A stretch of 32,000 nucleotides of DNA from NCBI RefSeq assembly GCF_025643275.1, contig NZ_CP089977.1, forward strand, positions 240,001 to 272,000, read 5' to 3'. Positions 1 through 9,435 of this stretch are shown here, one piece after another. The notes under the pieces are model-generated. The model ran no database searches and had not been told where the DNA came from. It saw only the letters and a list, made by a program, of their open reading frames with translations. The stretch is from Moraxella nasicaprae. GTDB taxonomy: Bacteria > Pseudomonadota > Gammaproteobacteria > Pseudomonadales > Moraxellaceae. The position numbers were made by a program, and so were the translations under genes. Within the stretch, counting starts at the first letter, position 1, and each line of letters begins with the position of its first letter.

Positions 1-369
1 CAAAAAGATTGACTTGGGAACAAGCGTATCAGATTTAGCAGGTCTATGCAGATGATTCATGGGAATTGGGTGTCAATTTATTGGGCAAAATGTTATGATG
101 GCAAACCGCAGGCTGTACAATTAACGCACTCGTCAGCCAATGCCACTATTAAAAAAACTAAATCAATTTATTGGTAATTATTGTAGCATTTTTTCCCATG
201 AAAAAGCTGGTAGTTTTGTATGCTTTGTTCATCAACTTGTGATGTTTTGTAACTGTATTGCTGATTTTTTAAACAAAAAAATTGATTAAATTTTCTTAAT
301 AAATTATCCACTAGGCAAGCTGTTATTATTTTGCTACAATGGCGGATTAGTTTTTTATCAGATGACATC

Positions 370-1044
370 ATGAACGAAACAAATCACCCAATGCCCTTAC
401 AACGCCATTTCACCCCCAAAACCCTCAATGAATTGGGTTTGATTGGCAGCAGTCTGAACATCAGTCTTAGCTATCAAGAAACCATCATCGCCAAAAGCGG
501 TATGCAAAAACTGCTAAGCAAACTTCCCTTGATGGATAAATCACCCACCACCTCCATGGATTTGGATTTAAGCTGTTTGTTATTTGACATTAATCATCAG
601 TTTATGGAGGCGATTTGGTATGGACGATTAAGAAATGACAACCAGAGCATTCGCCACAGCGGAGATGCCTTATTAGGTGCGAAAAATTTCGAACAAAGCC
701 TGATTAGCCAAGAGGAGATTCGTCTGCGTCCTGATGAGTTTGACCCTGCCACCCATCATCTGATTTTTGTGCTATCTAGCCATCATCGCCAATCTGTTCA
801 TCTTGCCAATAAAGGTGTTGTACAGCTTAGCGATAACGAAAACAACATCGCTGATAGTGTGGCACTCAGTGACCTGCCAGAATCACAAGCGTTTATTTTA
901 TGGCATCTGCACAAACACGAACAAGACTGGCAAGTCATCGCACCCATGCAGCCCATAACAACTGATTTTGTTCGTGCTGATGGCATTGAACAGCTTGCTT
1001 GGAACATTAAGCAGTATTTACACAACGCCTCAAATCGCTGGTAA
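370..1044 (+). CDS. TerD-domain (tellurite-resistance/stress TerD family) protein
   Basis: The ORF track lists 331..1044 with a TTG first codon. The first ATG is at 370 (MNETNHP...). TerD-like motifs are present: DLDLSCLLFD, HSGDALLG and IFVLSSH. No strong SD, so the start is uncertain. Confidence 0.6.
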   Translation: MNETNHPMPLQRHFTPKTLNELGLIGSSLNISLSYQETIIAKSGMQKLLSKLPLMDKSPTTSMDLDLSCLLFDINHQFMEAIWYGRLRNDNQSIRHSGDALLGAKNFEQSLISQEEIRLRPDEFDPATHHLIFVLSSHHRQSVHLANKGVVQLSDNENNIADSVALSDLPESQAFILWHLHKHEQDWQVIAPMQPITTDFVRADGIEQLAWNIKQYLHNASNRW

Positions 1045-1149
1045 ACTCATACCAAATCACGCTTTTGCCATCATCTGCCCACTATTTTTATTTGATGAGA
1101 TGATGCTTAGATAAACCATACTTGAACCAATTCGACCAAATAGCCCAAT

Positions 1150-1182
1150 AAAAAAACCCGCCTAGATAGACGGGTTTTTTTG
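1150..1182. terminator. Bidirectional rho-independent terminator between convergent TerD-like and porin genes
   Basis: Sequence aaaaaaACCCGcctagatagaCGGGTttttttt: a GC stem flanked by an A-run and a T-run, lying between the stops at 1044 (+) and 1197 (-). Confidence 0.6.
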
Positions 1183-1196
1183 TGTGGCATCTGCGA

Positions 1197-2165
1197 TTAG
1201 AATTTGTATTCTAGACCGCCACCGATGCCAGCACTACGAACTTCGGTTTTGGTTTCGCCAGAACCAGTTTCGTTATTTAGGTAAGCACCGTAGATGTGAC
1301 CTGTGGTTGCTTTGTTGAATGCGTATTTACCACCAACAACCAAGCGTTGCGTGTCAGCATCTTTAACGCCTTCTACATCAGACACGACATCAACTTGGGT
1401 GTATGCAGTCCATGGAGTTTGGGTTTTTAGCTGACCGCTAACAGTAAAGGCATTTTCTTTACCAGCTGCATATTTGCCGTGTTGATACAACGCACCAATG
1501 GTTGCTGCTGGGGTTGCGTCAAATGCACCACTCACACGAGTGAATTGATTGTTTTTGCCAGCACGGATATAAGATGCACCAGCACGGAATGGTTGATTTT
1601 CTGGCTCGTACTGAACAGCCACACCGAACGCATCACGACCCAAAGTATCTGTTGTATCATTTTCATCTAGGGTGTACATGGCAGATGCAGTGATGCCATT
1701 ATAAGTAGGTGCTACATAAGCAAAAGTGTTGTTAGCACGAGGAGAGTCGAATGACGCTAGAACATTGTCACCGCCCAATACTGCACCGTCTGTCACATTA
1801 GCATAGTCCACACGACCATCGATGGCACTTAGACGACCAGCCAATAGTGTACCGTATTGCTTATTGCTCACACCCAAGTAAGTGTCACGAGAACGGAAGT
1901 TTTTATCTTGGTCAGCATCAACATCAATGCCGTATTCTAGTTGATAAACCAAATCAGTATTGCCAGTTAGAGCTTCTGAACCTTTAAAGCCAATGCGAGA
2001 AGCATTTGAGTTTAGCGTAAAACGACCATCTTCACGCTCGCCACCTTTGACCTTGCTGGTGTTTACATCTAGGGTAAGGAATGCTTTACCATATACAGTT
2101 GGTGCAGCTTGTGCAGCAGTAACAGATAGTGCTGCGATAGCAGTTGCTAAAACTAATTTTTTCAT
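1197..2165 (-). CDS. Outer-membrane general porin (neisserial PorB / Moraxella M35-like)
   Basis: Internal ATG at 2165, preceded by the SD GGAGAAAC. Signal peptide MKKLVLATAIAALSVTAAQA. Alternating Gly/Tyr/Asp beta-strand pattern and a C-terminal ...GGGLEYKF aromatic end typical of OMPs. Confidence 0.85.
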   Translation of the reverse strand: MKKLVLATAIAALSVTAAQAAPTVYGKAFLTLDVNTSKVKGGEREDGRFTLNSNASRIGFKGSEALTGNTDLVYQLEYGIDVDADQDKNFRSRDTYLGVSNKQYGTLLAGRLSAIDGRVDYANVTDGAVLGGDNVLASFDSPRANNTFAYVAPTYNGITASAMYTLDENDTTDTLGRDAFGVAVQYEPENQPFRAGASYIRAGKNNQFTRVSGAFDATPAATIGALYQHGKYAAGKENAFTVSGQLKTQTPWTAYTQVDVVSDVEGVKDADTQRLVVGGKYAFNKATTGHIYGAYLNNETGSGETKTEVRSAGIGGGLEYKF

Positions 2166-2900
2166 GGGTTTCTCCACTCTAAATAGGCATAATGCCCTAC
2201 AAGATAACTTGTCACTCATCATCTGGCTATAAATCAAAAAATGATTGTTTGCGTAAGATGATTGGCCTTTTTTAAATTCAATCACAGCAATAACACAAAA
2301 TTACAGGAAAGTTGCAAATGATTGACAAACTTCATTGTTGTGTCCAATAGCATACCAAGTTTGAAATATTTTGCAATACCTTTTTTGATAAAAATCATCA
2401 AAATTCAAGTAAAAAAATAATTTTATTATATAAATCAATCAGTTATGATATTTTATTTTTTGATAAAATTTTAATAAATTTAACCAAAAATGTTCTTCAT
2501 GCGTGCTGACAAATTGATTTTTTGACAAAATTACATTATTTGTTACATCTTTTCATCGCCAAAAACTTGACTTTTTATCAATCACAGATAAGAGAATTGA
2601 TGAATTTTTACACAAAATATTACCCTTTTATGTCTATATTTTATCAAATATTGCTCAAAAAAATCATTTGCCATCAGCAGCTTCACGGCATCGATGCGGC
2701 TGATGGTTTGTCCGCCACATCAGATAGTATGATGTTTGTCAGTCGTGATGTCATCAATAGACTTTGGTAAATTATTTCATGGCAGACTTTGCTATTTTAT
2801 GATTTAGCCCATCAAAATTTTATGCTATACTTAGCTCCATCATCAAACCCATCAAGACAACCAATATCCATCTAATTCATTGATTTTAAAGAGTGTTTTT

Positions 2901-3578
2901 ATGAATCAAGCCAGCGATATTTTGCCAGAAGACGACCTAAAAGTCATCACCACCAATGCTCGTGCCAAGACCGACATTAGTCATATCCATGAGTTTTTGG
3001 GCTGTCAAACCTCAACCAAATGGCTGGAAGTTGCCAAAAAGAACCTACCCCTACTCATGCAAGACCACGCTAACTGTGAGAAAAAAGCGGCTGGCACAGC
3101 AATGAACCTGATTTTTCGCTATGAATTTCATCGAGATTTGCAAGAAAGTTTGGCACAGCTGGTGCGTGAAGAAATGTTACACTACGAGCAAGTCATTACT
3201 TTGATGAAAGAGCGAGGCATTGATTGGTTCCATTTGCCAGCAGGTCGATATGCCAAAGGATTATTAAAACACAAACGCACCTTTGAGCCTGCGGCAATGG
3301 TTGATGTACTGATTATTGGTGCATTCATTGAAGCTCGCTCATGCGAACGCTTTTCGGCATTGGCAGAAGTGATTGATGACGAAAAACTGGCACGATATTA
3401 TAAATATTTATTAAAATCAGAAAGTCGTCATTATGAAGACTATATCCGTTTGGCTCGCTCGATTTGTGACGAGGACATCGATGCACGAGTGGCGTTTTTT
3501 CGTGAAGTTGAAAAAGAACTGATTGACAGTCCTGATGATGAATTACGATTCCATAGTGGTGTACCAACATTTAGCTAA
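2901..3578 (+). CDS. miaE: tRNA-(ms2io6A37)-hydroxylase MiaE (ferritin-like di-iron)
   Basis: ATG at 2901 (MNQASD). Di-iron E..EExH-type motifs are present (CEKKAAG, VREEMLHYEQV, IEARSCERF, KSESRHYEDY), as expected for the MiaE family. Confidence 0.8.
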   Translation: MNQASDILPEDDLKVITTNARAKTDISHIHEFLGCQTSTKWLEVAKKNLPLLMQDHANCEKKAAGTAMNLIFRYEFHRDLQESLAQLVREEMLHYEQVITLMKERGIDWFHLPAGRYAKGLLKHKRTFEPAAMVDVLIIGAFIEARSCERFSALAEVIDDEKLARYYKYLLKSESRHYEDYIRLARSICDEDIDARVAFFREVEKELIDSPDDELRFHSGVPTFS

Positions 3579-3583
3579 ACATC

Positions 3584-3609
3584 AAAGCCCAATTTATTGG
3601 GCTTTTTTA
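3584..3609 (+). terminator. Rho-independent terminator after miaE
   Basis: AAAGCCCAA-ttta-TTGGGCTTT followed by a T-run, 6 nt after the stop codon. Confidence 0.6.
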
Positions 3610-3699
3610 TGGATTGAGCGATTGTCTTATACTAATTTTATGATAGAATCTAGCACAAATTGAATGACAATAACCATCTGATGACTGATTGAGAGGTGC

Positions 3700-5055
3700 A
3701 TGGTGAGGCGTTTGACTCTGGCTGATTATCTATTTTTTGCTCTTGACCGTGCAAAACAGCCCATGCATTTGGCGGGTGTTTGTTTTTTTGAATTACCAAC
3801 CAATGCCCCTGATGATTTTGTTAAACATCTACTCAAAGACATTGACGATGCTCGCCTGCCCAATTTTCCTTTTGACCAAAAACGCCATCAATGGATTTTT
3901 TGGCAAAATATCGAAGAATTTAACCCCCAAGAACATTGCCATTATCATCGCTTGCACACGGGTGATGATTTGGAACTGATGACACTTATCTCATCTTTAC
4001 ATGGCGAAAAACTCAATAAAAACAATCCATTATGGTCGCTACACCTGATTGATAATCTTAATCCCAATCCCCAAAATCAGGCTCGCCGATTCGTACTGTA
4101 CCTAAAAATGCATCATGCTTTGGTTGATGGTGTGGCAGCCTTGCGTCTATTTCAACGCTCATTGTCATCATCGCCTGATGATAAAAATGACTTACCTCCT
4201 TGGGCAAAAATCGTCAAAAAACGCAAAGCCAGTTTTGCCAAACATCGCCTACCTTTGAGTCAATTGCTCAAAAGCCAATGGCAAGGCATCGCTCCTGTGG
4301 CTCGTCAGCTGGTGCAAGATGTCAAAGATTATTGGCACAAAGACACTCGTTTTATCAGTAGTCTGACCGCCCCTAAAAGCATACTCAATCAACGCATCAG
4401 CGACCAAAGATTTTTTGGATTATATACCGCCCAAAAGCAACGATTTGTTCAAATCGCTCAGCGATTTGGTGTCAGCACCAATGACGCTATTTTGGCAGTA
4501 TGTGGCGATGCACTACGCCGCTATCTGACCGAACAGGGTCATTTGCCAAGCCAATCATTGATTGCTTTTGTGCCAATCTCACTTCGCACCAACGACACCA
4601 GTTTTGGCAATCAGATTTCTTTTGTGCCTGCCAATCTAGGGACATATCATCAAGATGCTCAAACTCGCCTGCAACAAGTCCATCAAAGCATGGAATACAA
4701 CAAAAATAAACTTGCTCAGTTTGGTTTTGGTGAGTCGCTAAGCTATTTAGCAGTCAATTATCTATGGGCAGGCATCAATCTGGCATCGGGCATCTACCCA
4801 CAAAAACAAGCCTTTAATCTGGTGATTTCCAATGTGCCAGGTGATGATGAGCCTCTGTATCTTAATGGGGCAAAACTGACGGCAATGTATCCAGCCTCCG
4901 TGCTGTTTGATGGGCAAGCACTTAATATCAGCTTTTGTAACTATCAAAATACACTAGATTTTGGCATCATCGCCTGCCCCATCGCCCTGCCCAACATTGA
5001 AACACTGCCAACCCACCTAGAACAAGCATTGGTGCATTATGAGCAATTATCATGA
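3700..5055 (+). CDS. Wax ester synthase / diacylglycerol acyltransferase (WS/DGAT)
   Basis: 451 aa. SD GAGAGG lies upstream of ATG 3700. The catalytic HHxxxDG motif is present as HHALVDGVAA, and the C-terminal half has the typical NVPG motif. Confidence 0.85.
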   Translation: MVRRLTLADYLFFALDRAKQPMHLAGVCFFELPTNAPDDFVKHLLKDIDDARLPNFPFDQKRHQWIFWQNIEEFNPQEHCHYHRLHTGDDLELMTLISSLHGEKLNKNNPLWSLHLIDNLNPNPQNQARRFVLYLKMHHALVDGVAALRLFQRSLSSSPDDKNDLPPWAKIVKKRKASFAKHRLPLSQLLKSQWQGIAPVARQLVQDVKDYWHKDTRFISSLTAPKSILNQRISDQRFFGLYTAQKQRFVQIAQRFGVSTNDAILAVCGDALRRYLTEQGHLPSQSLIAFVPISLRTNDTSFGNQISFVPANLGTYHQDAQTRLQQVHQSMEYNKNKLAQFGFGESLSYLAVNYLWAGINLASGIYPQKQAFNLVISNVPGDDEPLYLNGAKLTAMYPASVLFDGQALNISFCNYQNTLDFGIIACPIALPNIETLPTHLEQALVHYEQLS

Positions 5056-5074
5056 GCATCAATACTGCCAAGAG

Positions 5075-5105
5075 AAAAACCACTTTCCAAAGAAAGTGGT
5101 TTTTT
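5075..5105. terminator. Rho-independent terminator (bidirectional look)
   Basis: aaaaACCACTTT-ccaaag-AAAGTGGTttttt, 20 nt after the WS/DGAT stop. Confidence 0.6.
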
Positions 5106-5143
5106 AGGAGAAACTATGAACAAAATCAATGATAATAAAGTAA

Positions 5144-5287
5144 TCACGCACTCAATGCCAAAGGCTCAGCATTACCTTGTGATAACTTTGCCAATACCGC
5201 CAAAATCATCTCGGTAGTAATCGGCTTTTCTTTGCCTTTTGACAAAATATTCATCACGGCAGCTGGGGTCTTTTGGGTTGCTTGCAT
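5144..5287 (-). CDS. Hypothetical small protein (47 aa)
   Basis: Internal ATG at 5287 with the SD AAGGA 8 nt upstream (MQATQKTPAAVMNILSKGKEKPITTEMILAVLAKLSQGNAEPLALSA). I do not recognise a family. Confidence 0.35.
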   Translation of the reverse strand: MQATQKTPAAVMNILSKGKEKPITTEMILAVLAKLSQGNAEPLALSA

Positions 5288-5482
5288 GGTCGTTATCCTT
5301 ATTACAAAGTCATCGGTAATGCACCAAAGCACATCTTTTGACTCATCAATCTATGTGAGTTAGTATAGCCTAAGCACCCCATCTGCACAACCAAAAATCA
5401 TCAATTTCACCCCATAAAGTGTAAACACTTGTTTCATTTTTGACATCTTTTGTCATACATTTTCAAGCTGTAACAAATCAGC

Positions 5483-5518
5483 TCAAAACAAAAAACCAGC
5501 CAAACAATGACTGGTTTT
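5483..5518 (-). terminator. Rho-independent terminator downstream of suhB
   Basis: On the minus strand: AAAACCAG-loop-CTGGTTTT followed by tTGTTTTG. A tandem 10-mer (gactggtttt x2) lies next to it. Confidence 0.5.
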
Positions 5519-5544
5519 GACTGGTTTTGCTCAATCTTGGCATA

Positions 5545-6378
5545 TTAGCCAATCAAAGCATTTTCCCAAGTAGGAATGACGGTCTGCATTAGTGGCTTTA
5601 ATAATTTCATGTTGCAAGCAAAAATAGAGCCTGTGTGCATGGCATTATTTGCACCCTTATGGTCAACCACCACACCACGAGCCTCATTCACAATCAATTC
5701 GCCAGCAGCAATATCCCAAGGCTTGATGCTCATCTCAAAATAACCATCAAAACGCCCTGCCGCCACATAACATAGGTCAAGTGCCGCTGAACCCAAGCGA
5801 CGAACCTGACCGCCATTTTCACAGATGGCTTGTAAGCTGGCAAAATGCTGACGAGCAAAACTGGTGCGTACGCCATCAATCATGCGTTCATAAGGATGTC
5901 CTGTGGTAAACAAACCGCCTGAGATGGTCTTGCGGTCGCTGACGGTCAATCGACGCTGATTCATCAATGCACCCTTGCCACGACTGGCAGAAAACAGCTC
6001 ATCACGCACAGGGTCGTAAACTACGCCATGTTCGGTTACGCCATTTTTTTGGGCGGCGATGGAAACACAAAAATGTGGCACACCATGCACAAAATTTTGA
6101 GTGCCATCAATTGGGTCAATCACCCAGCACCACTCAGCATCATGCCCCTTGCCTTCTTGCAAGCCAAATTCTTCGCCCAGATAAGAATGATTTGGATAGC
6201 TTTCTTTTAGGGTAGCAATGGTCAGCTCTTCGGCATAACGGTCAATTTGTGTTACCAAACCGTCCAAACCTTTTGACTCCACTGCCAAATCTAGGCGGTG
6301 GCGGTTTTGGTGGGCTTTTAAAATCTCACGACCTACTTTTTGGGCAGCTTGTGCCGCCATGACAACCATCGGTTCCAT
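5545..6378 (-). CDS. suhB: Inositol monophosphatase family protein (SuhB)
   Basis: 277 aa. IMPase motifs are present: WVIDPIDGTQNFVHG and the GSAALDLCYVAAGRFDGY region. Confidence 0.85.
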   Translation of the reverse strand: MEPMVVMAAQAAQKVGREILKAHQNRHRLDLAVESKGLDGLVTQIDRYAEELTIATLKESYPNHSYLGEEFGLQEGKGHDAEWCWVIDPIDGTQNFVHGVPHFCVSIAAQKNGVTEHGVVYDPVRDELFSASRGKGALMNQRRLTVSDRKTISGGLFTTGHPYERMIDGVRTSFARQHFASLQAICENGGQVRRLGSAALDLCYVAAGRFDGYFEMSIKPWDIAAGELIVNEARGVVVDHKGANNAMHTGSIFACNMKLLKPLMQTVIPTWENALIG

Positions 6379-6473
6379 AATTCACCTTGCAAATATTTTT
6401 TGGTTAAATAGCGATTTTGTATTCATCATACAAAAAGAAGTGTCATTATATCCTAAAATTGGATTCTTCGCCA

Positions 6474-8588
6474 TCAGTTATCAGCAGATTTTTTGGTCAG
6501 CTGATTTAGGCGATGTAAAATACCTGCTTGATTCAGACCGCACTGGGCAAGCTGCTCAGCATGACTGGCATGAGCAATGAATGTATCTTCAATGCCAATA
6601 TTAGTTATCTTACCTGCATAGCCTACCTTGACCAGATACTCATTCACTGCCGAACCTGCACCGCCTGTGATTTGGTGTTCTTCAACCGTGATAAACCGTG
6701 TCACTCCCTGACGAATGAGCGTATCGATAAGCTGGCTGTCCAGCGGTTTAACCCAACGCATGTCCACCACCGTCATCGGTATATGGTTTTGCTTGATAAA
6801 ATCTTGACTGGCTGCCAATGCGTCATGCAAACGGGTACCAAAAGCCAGTACAGCAAATTTATCATCTGCCAGTTGTTCAAAGTCATCTGTCTGCCAGACC
6901 ACGCTTGCTTGTCCGATGGCAAAATGCTCATCATCACAGCCGACAACCCTACCCACACCTTCGCCACGAGGATAACGCACCGCTGCTGTGCCTTGATGGC
7001 GATAACAAGTGTTTAGCAGTTGATGGCATTCATGCTCATCGCTTGGTGTGGCAATGATGACATTGGGAATACAGCGTAAATATGCCAAATCAAACACACC
7101 TGCGTGTGTCGCTCCATCTTCGCCTACCAGCCCTGCTCTATCAATGGCAAAAGTCACATCAAGATTTTGTAATGCCACATCGTGAATGAACTGGTCATAG
7201 CCACGCTGTAAGAAGGTGGAATAAATCGCCACCACGGGCTTGATACGACCGCTGGTTGCCATACCTGCCGCCAAAGTCACGGCGTGCTGCTCAGCAATCG
7301 CCACATCAAAAAAACGCTGCGGATAGGCTTTGGCATATTCAACCATGCCAGAACCCTCTGCCATGGCAGGTGTAATGGCAACCAGCATATCATCACTGCT
7401 GGCGGTGTGCATGAGCCAATCGCCAAATACTTGGGAATATTTTTTCTTAGGAGTAGTGACGGTATGAGCTTTATCAGATGATGAATCCGCCTTGGGCAGC
7501 TTGCCAATCGCATGATAGCCAATGGGGTCGGCTTCGGCTGGCAAAAATCCCTTACCCTTGACCGTATGCACATGCACCAACACCGCTCCTGTCAGATTTT
7601 TGGCTCGTTCAAGCACGGTCATCAGCTTGGGTAAATCATGCCCATCAAACGGCCCAAGATAAGTAAAGCCAATCGCTTTAAATAGATTATCAGCAAATAA
7701 TTTATCGCCAATCTTTTCGGCAATCTTATCAGGTAAAGGCGATAGTGGCGTACCACTAAAAATCTCACCCAATTTTTCGCCAATCTTGCTAGGCAGACGG
7801 CTTGATACATCTTCTAAGGCCTCATTAGCCATGTGCAAATAGTGGCGAATGCGACGGTCATCAGTCGAAATGTCTCGCTTGGTCATCAAGATATTGCCAT
7901 GCTTGTCAATATCCATCGCCAACCCTCGTTGCCATAACTTTGCCAAATGACGACTAAATCCACCGATTGCCTGTGAAATTGACATGTCATTATCGTTCAG
8001 CACCACCAATAAATCAGCGTTTTGCTGAACGGCGTCATTCATCGCCTCAAACGCCATGCCACCTGTCATCGCACCATCGCCAATCACTGCCGCTACTTTG
8101 CGAGATTCGCCAAGCAGTCTAGACGCCAAGCTCATGCCCAACGCTGCTGAAATTGATGTGGACGAATGCCCCACCCCAAAAGTATCATACTCGCTTTCGC
8201 TGCACTCTGGAAAAGCGGTCAAACCTCCTTTTGAGCGAATGCTGGGTAATTGCTCACGGCGACCTGTTAGCACTTTATGCGCATAGGCTTGATGCCCAAC
8301 ATCCCACACCAGCTTATCATAAGGCGTATCTAGGACTGTATGCAACGCCACTGTCAATTCAACCACGCCCAAATTCGCCCCAAAATGTCCACCACTCACC
8401 CCTGTTGAATACAACAGATAAGCTCGCAGTTCATCGGCAAGCTGTAATAGCTGATGTTGGGATAACTGCTTTAAATCAGCAGGTGACGCCACCGTGTCCA
8501 AAATTGGCGTATCAGGACGCACGGTTGGCAGCTCTTGAAAGACTTTGGCTTGATGGGAAAGGTTGGTGTTCTGGGCTAAATCTGGCAT
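6474..8588 (-). CDS. dxs: 1-deoxy-D-xylulose-5-phosphate synthase
   Basis: Likely start is ATG 8588 (MPDLAQN...). ThDP motif GDGAMTGGMAFEAMN..NDN is present and the protein is collinear with E. coli Dxs throughout. An enlarged linker falls at residues ~213-307. Confidence 0.95.
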   Translation of the reverse strand: MPDLAQNTNLSHQAKVFQELPTVRPDTPILDTVASPADLKQLSQHQLLQLADELRAYLLYSTGVSGGHFGANLGVVELTVALHTVLDTPYDKLVWDVGHQAYAHKVLTGRREQLPSIRSKGGLTAFPECSESEYDTFGVGHSSTSISAALGMSLASRLLGESRKVAAVIGDGAMTGGMAFEAMNDAVQQNADLLVVLNDNDMSISQAIGGFSRHLAKLWQRGLAMDIDKHGNILMTKRDISTDDRRIRHYLHMANEALEDVSSRLPSKIGEKLGEIFSGTPLSPLPDKIAEKIGDKLFADNLFKAIGFTYLGPFDGHDLPKLMTVLERAKNLTGAVLVHVHTVKGKGFLPAEADPIGYHAIGKLPKADSSSDKAHTVTTPKKKYSQVFGDWLMHTASSDDMLVAITPAMAEGSGMVEYAKAYPQRFFDVAIAEQHAVTLAAGMATSGRIKPVVAIYSTFLQRGYDQFIHDVALQNLDVTFAIDRAGLVGEDGATHAGVFDLAYLRCIPNVIIATPSDEHECHQLLNTCYRHQGTAAVRYPRGEGVGRVVGCDDEHFAIGQASVVWQTDDFEQLADDKFAVLAFGTRLHDALAASQDFIKQNHIPMTVVDMRWVKPLDSQLIDTLIRQGVTRFITVEEHQITGGAGSAVNEYLVKVGYAGKITNIGIEDTFIAHASHAEQLAQCGLNQAGILHRLNQLTKKSADN

Positions 8589-8796
8589 GATTACTTGTCT
8601 TTTTCCAATAAAATAATAGCGGTGCATTTCATCATCGATGATAGTGTGGCATAATATGCACACAATGAACTAAATCACTATTTTACAAGATAGGTTGTAT
8701 TTTTGCTAGAAAAACGCCATATATTATTGTCAAATTTGCGTAAATTTTCTTGCACACTCATCATCAATCATTAAAAAAACACCTTAGGGGGCATAT

Positions 8797-9402
8797 TTGT
8801 ACCAATTCATCACCAAAGCCAACCTGCCTACCATGCATGGCGAATTTGAAATTCATATTTTTGAAAACGAAGACAAACAAGAACATGTTTTATTAACCAA
8901 AGGTTTGCCAAATCACGACAACGACACCATACCGCTGATTCGCATTCACTCTGAATGCCTAACTGGCGATGCCTTTGGCTCATTAAAATGCGATTGCGGC
9001 CCTCAGCTGAATGCTGCCATGCAAGCCATCAATGCTCATGGCTGTGGGGCGATACTGTATCTACGCCAAGAAGGTCGTGGCATTGGATTGACCAATAAAA
9101 TTCGTGCCTACGCTCTACAAGACCAAGGGCATGACACCCTAGAAGCCAATCTGCTGCTTGGACTGCCAGCCGATGCTCGCACTTATGAAATGTGCGAAGT
9201 GATGCTAAAATCGGTCGGTATCAAACAAGCTCGCCTTTTGACAAATAATCCCAATAAAGTCAAAGGTCTGACCGACATGGGCATTGACATCATCGAACGA
9301 GTGCCACTCATCGTTGGTGTCAATCCACACAATCAAGACTACCTAAATGTCAAAGGTCAAAAGATGAGCCATCACATCAGCCAGCAGGATTTAGACCATT
9401 AA
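8797..9402 (+). CDS. ribA: GTP cyclohydrolase II
   Basis: TTG start at 8797 with the SD AGGGGG 6 nt upstream. Zinc motif CLTGDAFGSLKCDCGPQL and LRQEGRGIGL are present. Confidence 0.9.
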   Translation: MYQFITKANLPTMHGEFEIHIFENEDKQEHVLLTKGLPNHDNDTIPLIRIHSECLTGDAFGSLKCDCGPQLNAAMQAINAHGCGAILYLRQEGRGIGLTNKIRAYALQDQGHDTLEANLLLGLPADARTYEMCEVMLKSVGIKQARLLTNNPNKVKGLTDMGIDIIERVPLIVGVNPHNQDYLNVKGQKMSHHISQQDLDH

Positions 9403-9435
9403 CTTGTTTGTTCTAGCTTAATATCAGGAGAAAAT

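Noticed and set aside
46-177. A 43-codon plus-strand ORF at the window start.
   Set aside because: It is short, has no SD or recognisable motif, and is probably non-coding sequence upstream of the TerD-like gene.
2522-2770. An 82-aa TTG-start ORF in the porin-miaE spacer.
   Set aside because: It lies in very AT-rich DNA with no SD, has an Ile/Leu/Lys/Tyr/Phe-biased composition typical of translated AT-rich non-coding sequence, and shows no recognisable motif.
6528-8590. Antisense ORFs inside dxs (162 aa at 6528-7016, 145 aa at 8153-8590, and several of 60-98 aa).
   Set aside because: These are shadow frames opposite a strongly supported, highly conserved CDS. They are rich in Arg/His/Cys-type antisense composition.
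8664-8796. A possible FMN riboswitch upstream of ribA.
   Set aside because: The spacer is only ~130 nt of AT-rich promoter sequence shared with the divergent dxs, and it lacks the conserved FMN-element core.
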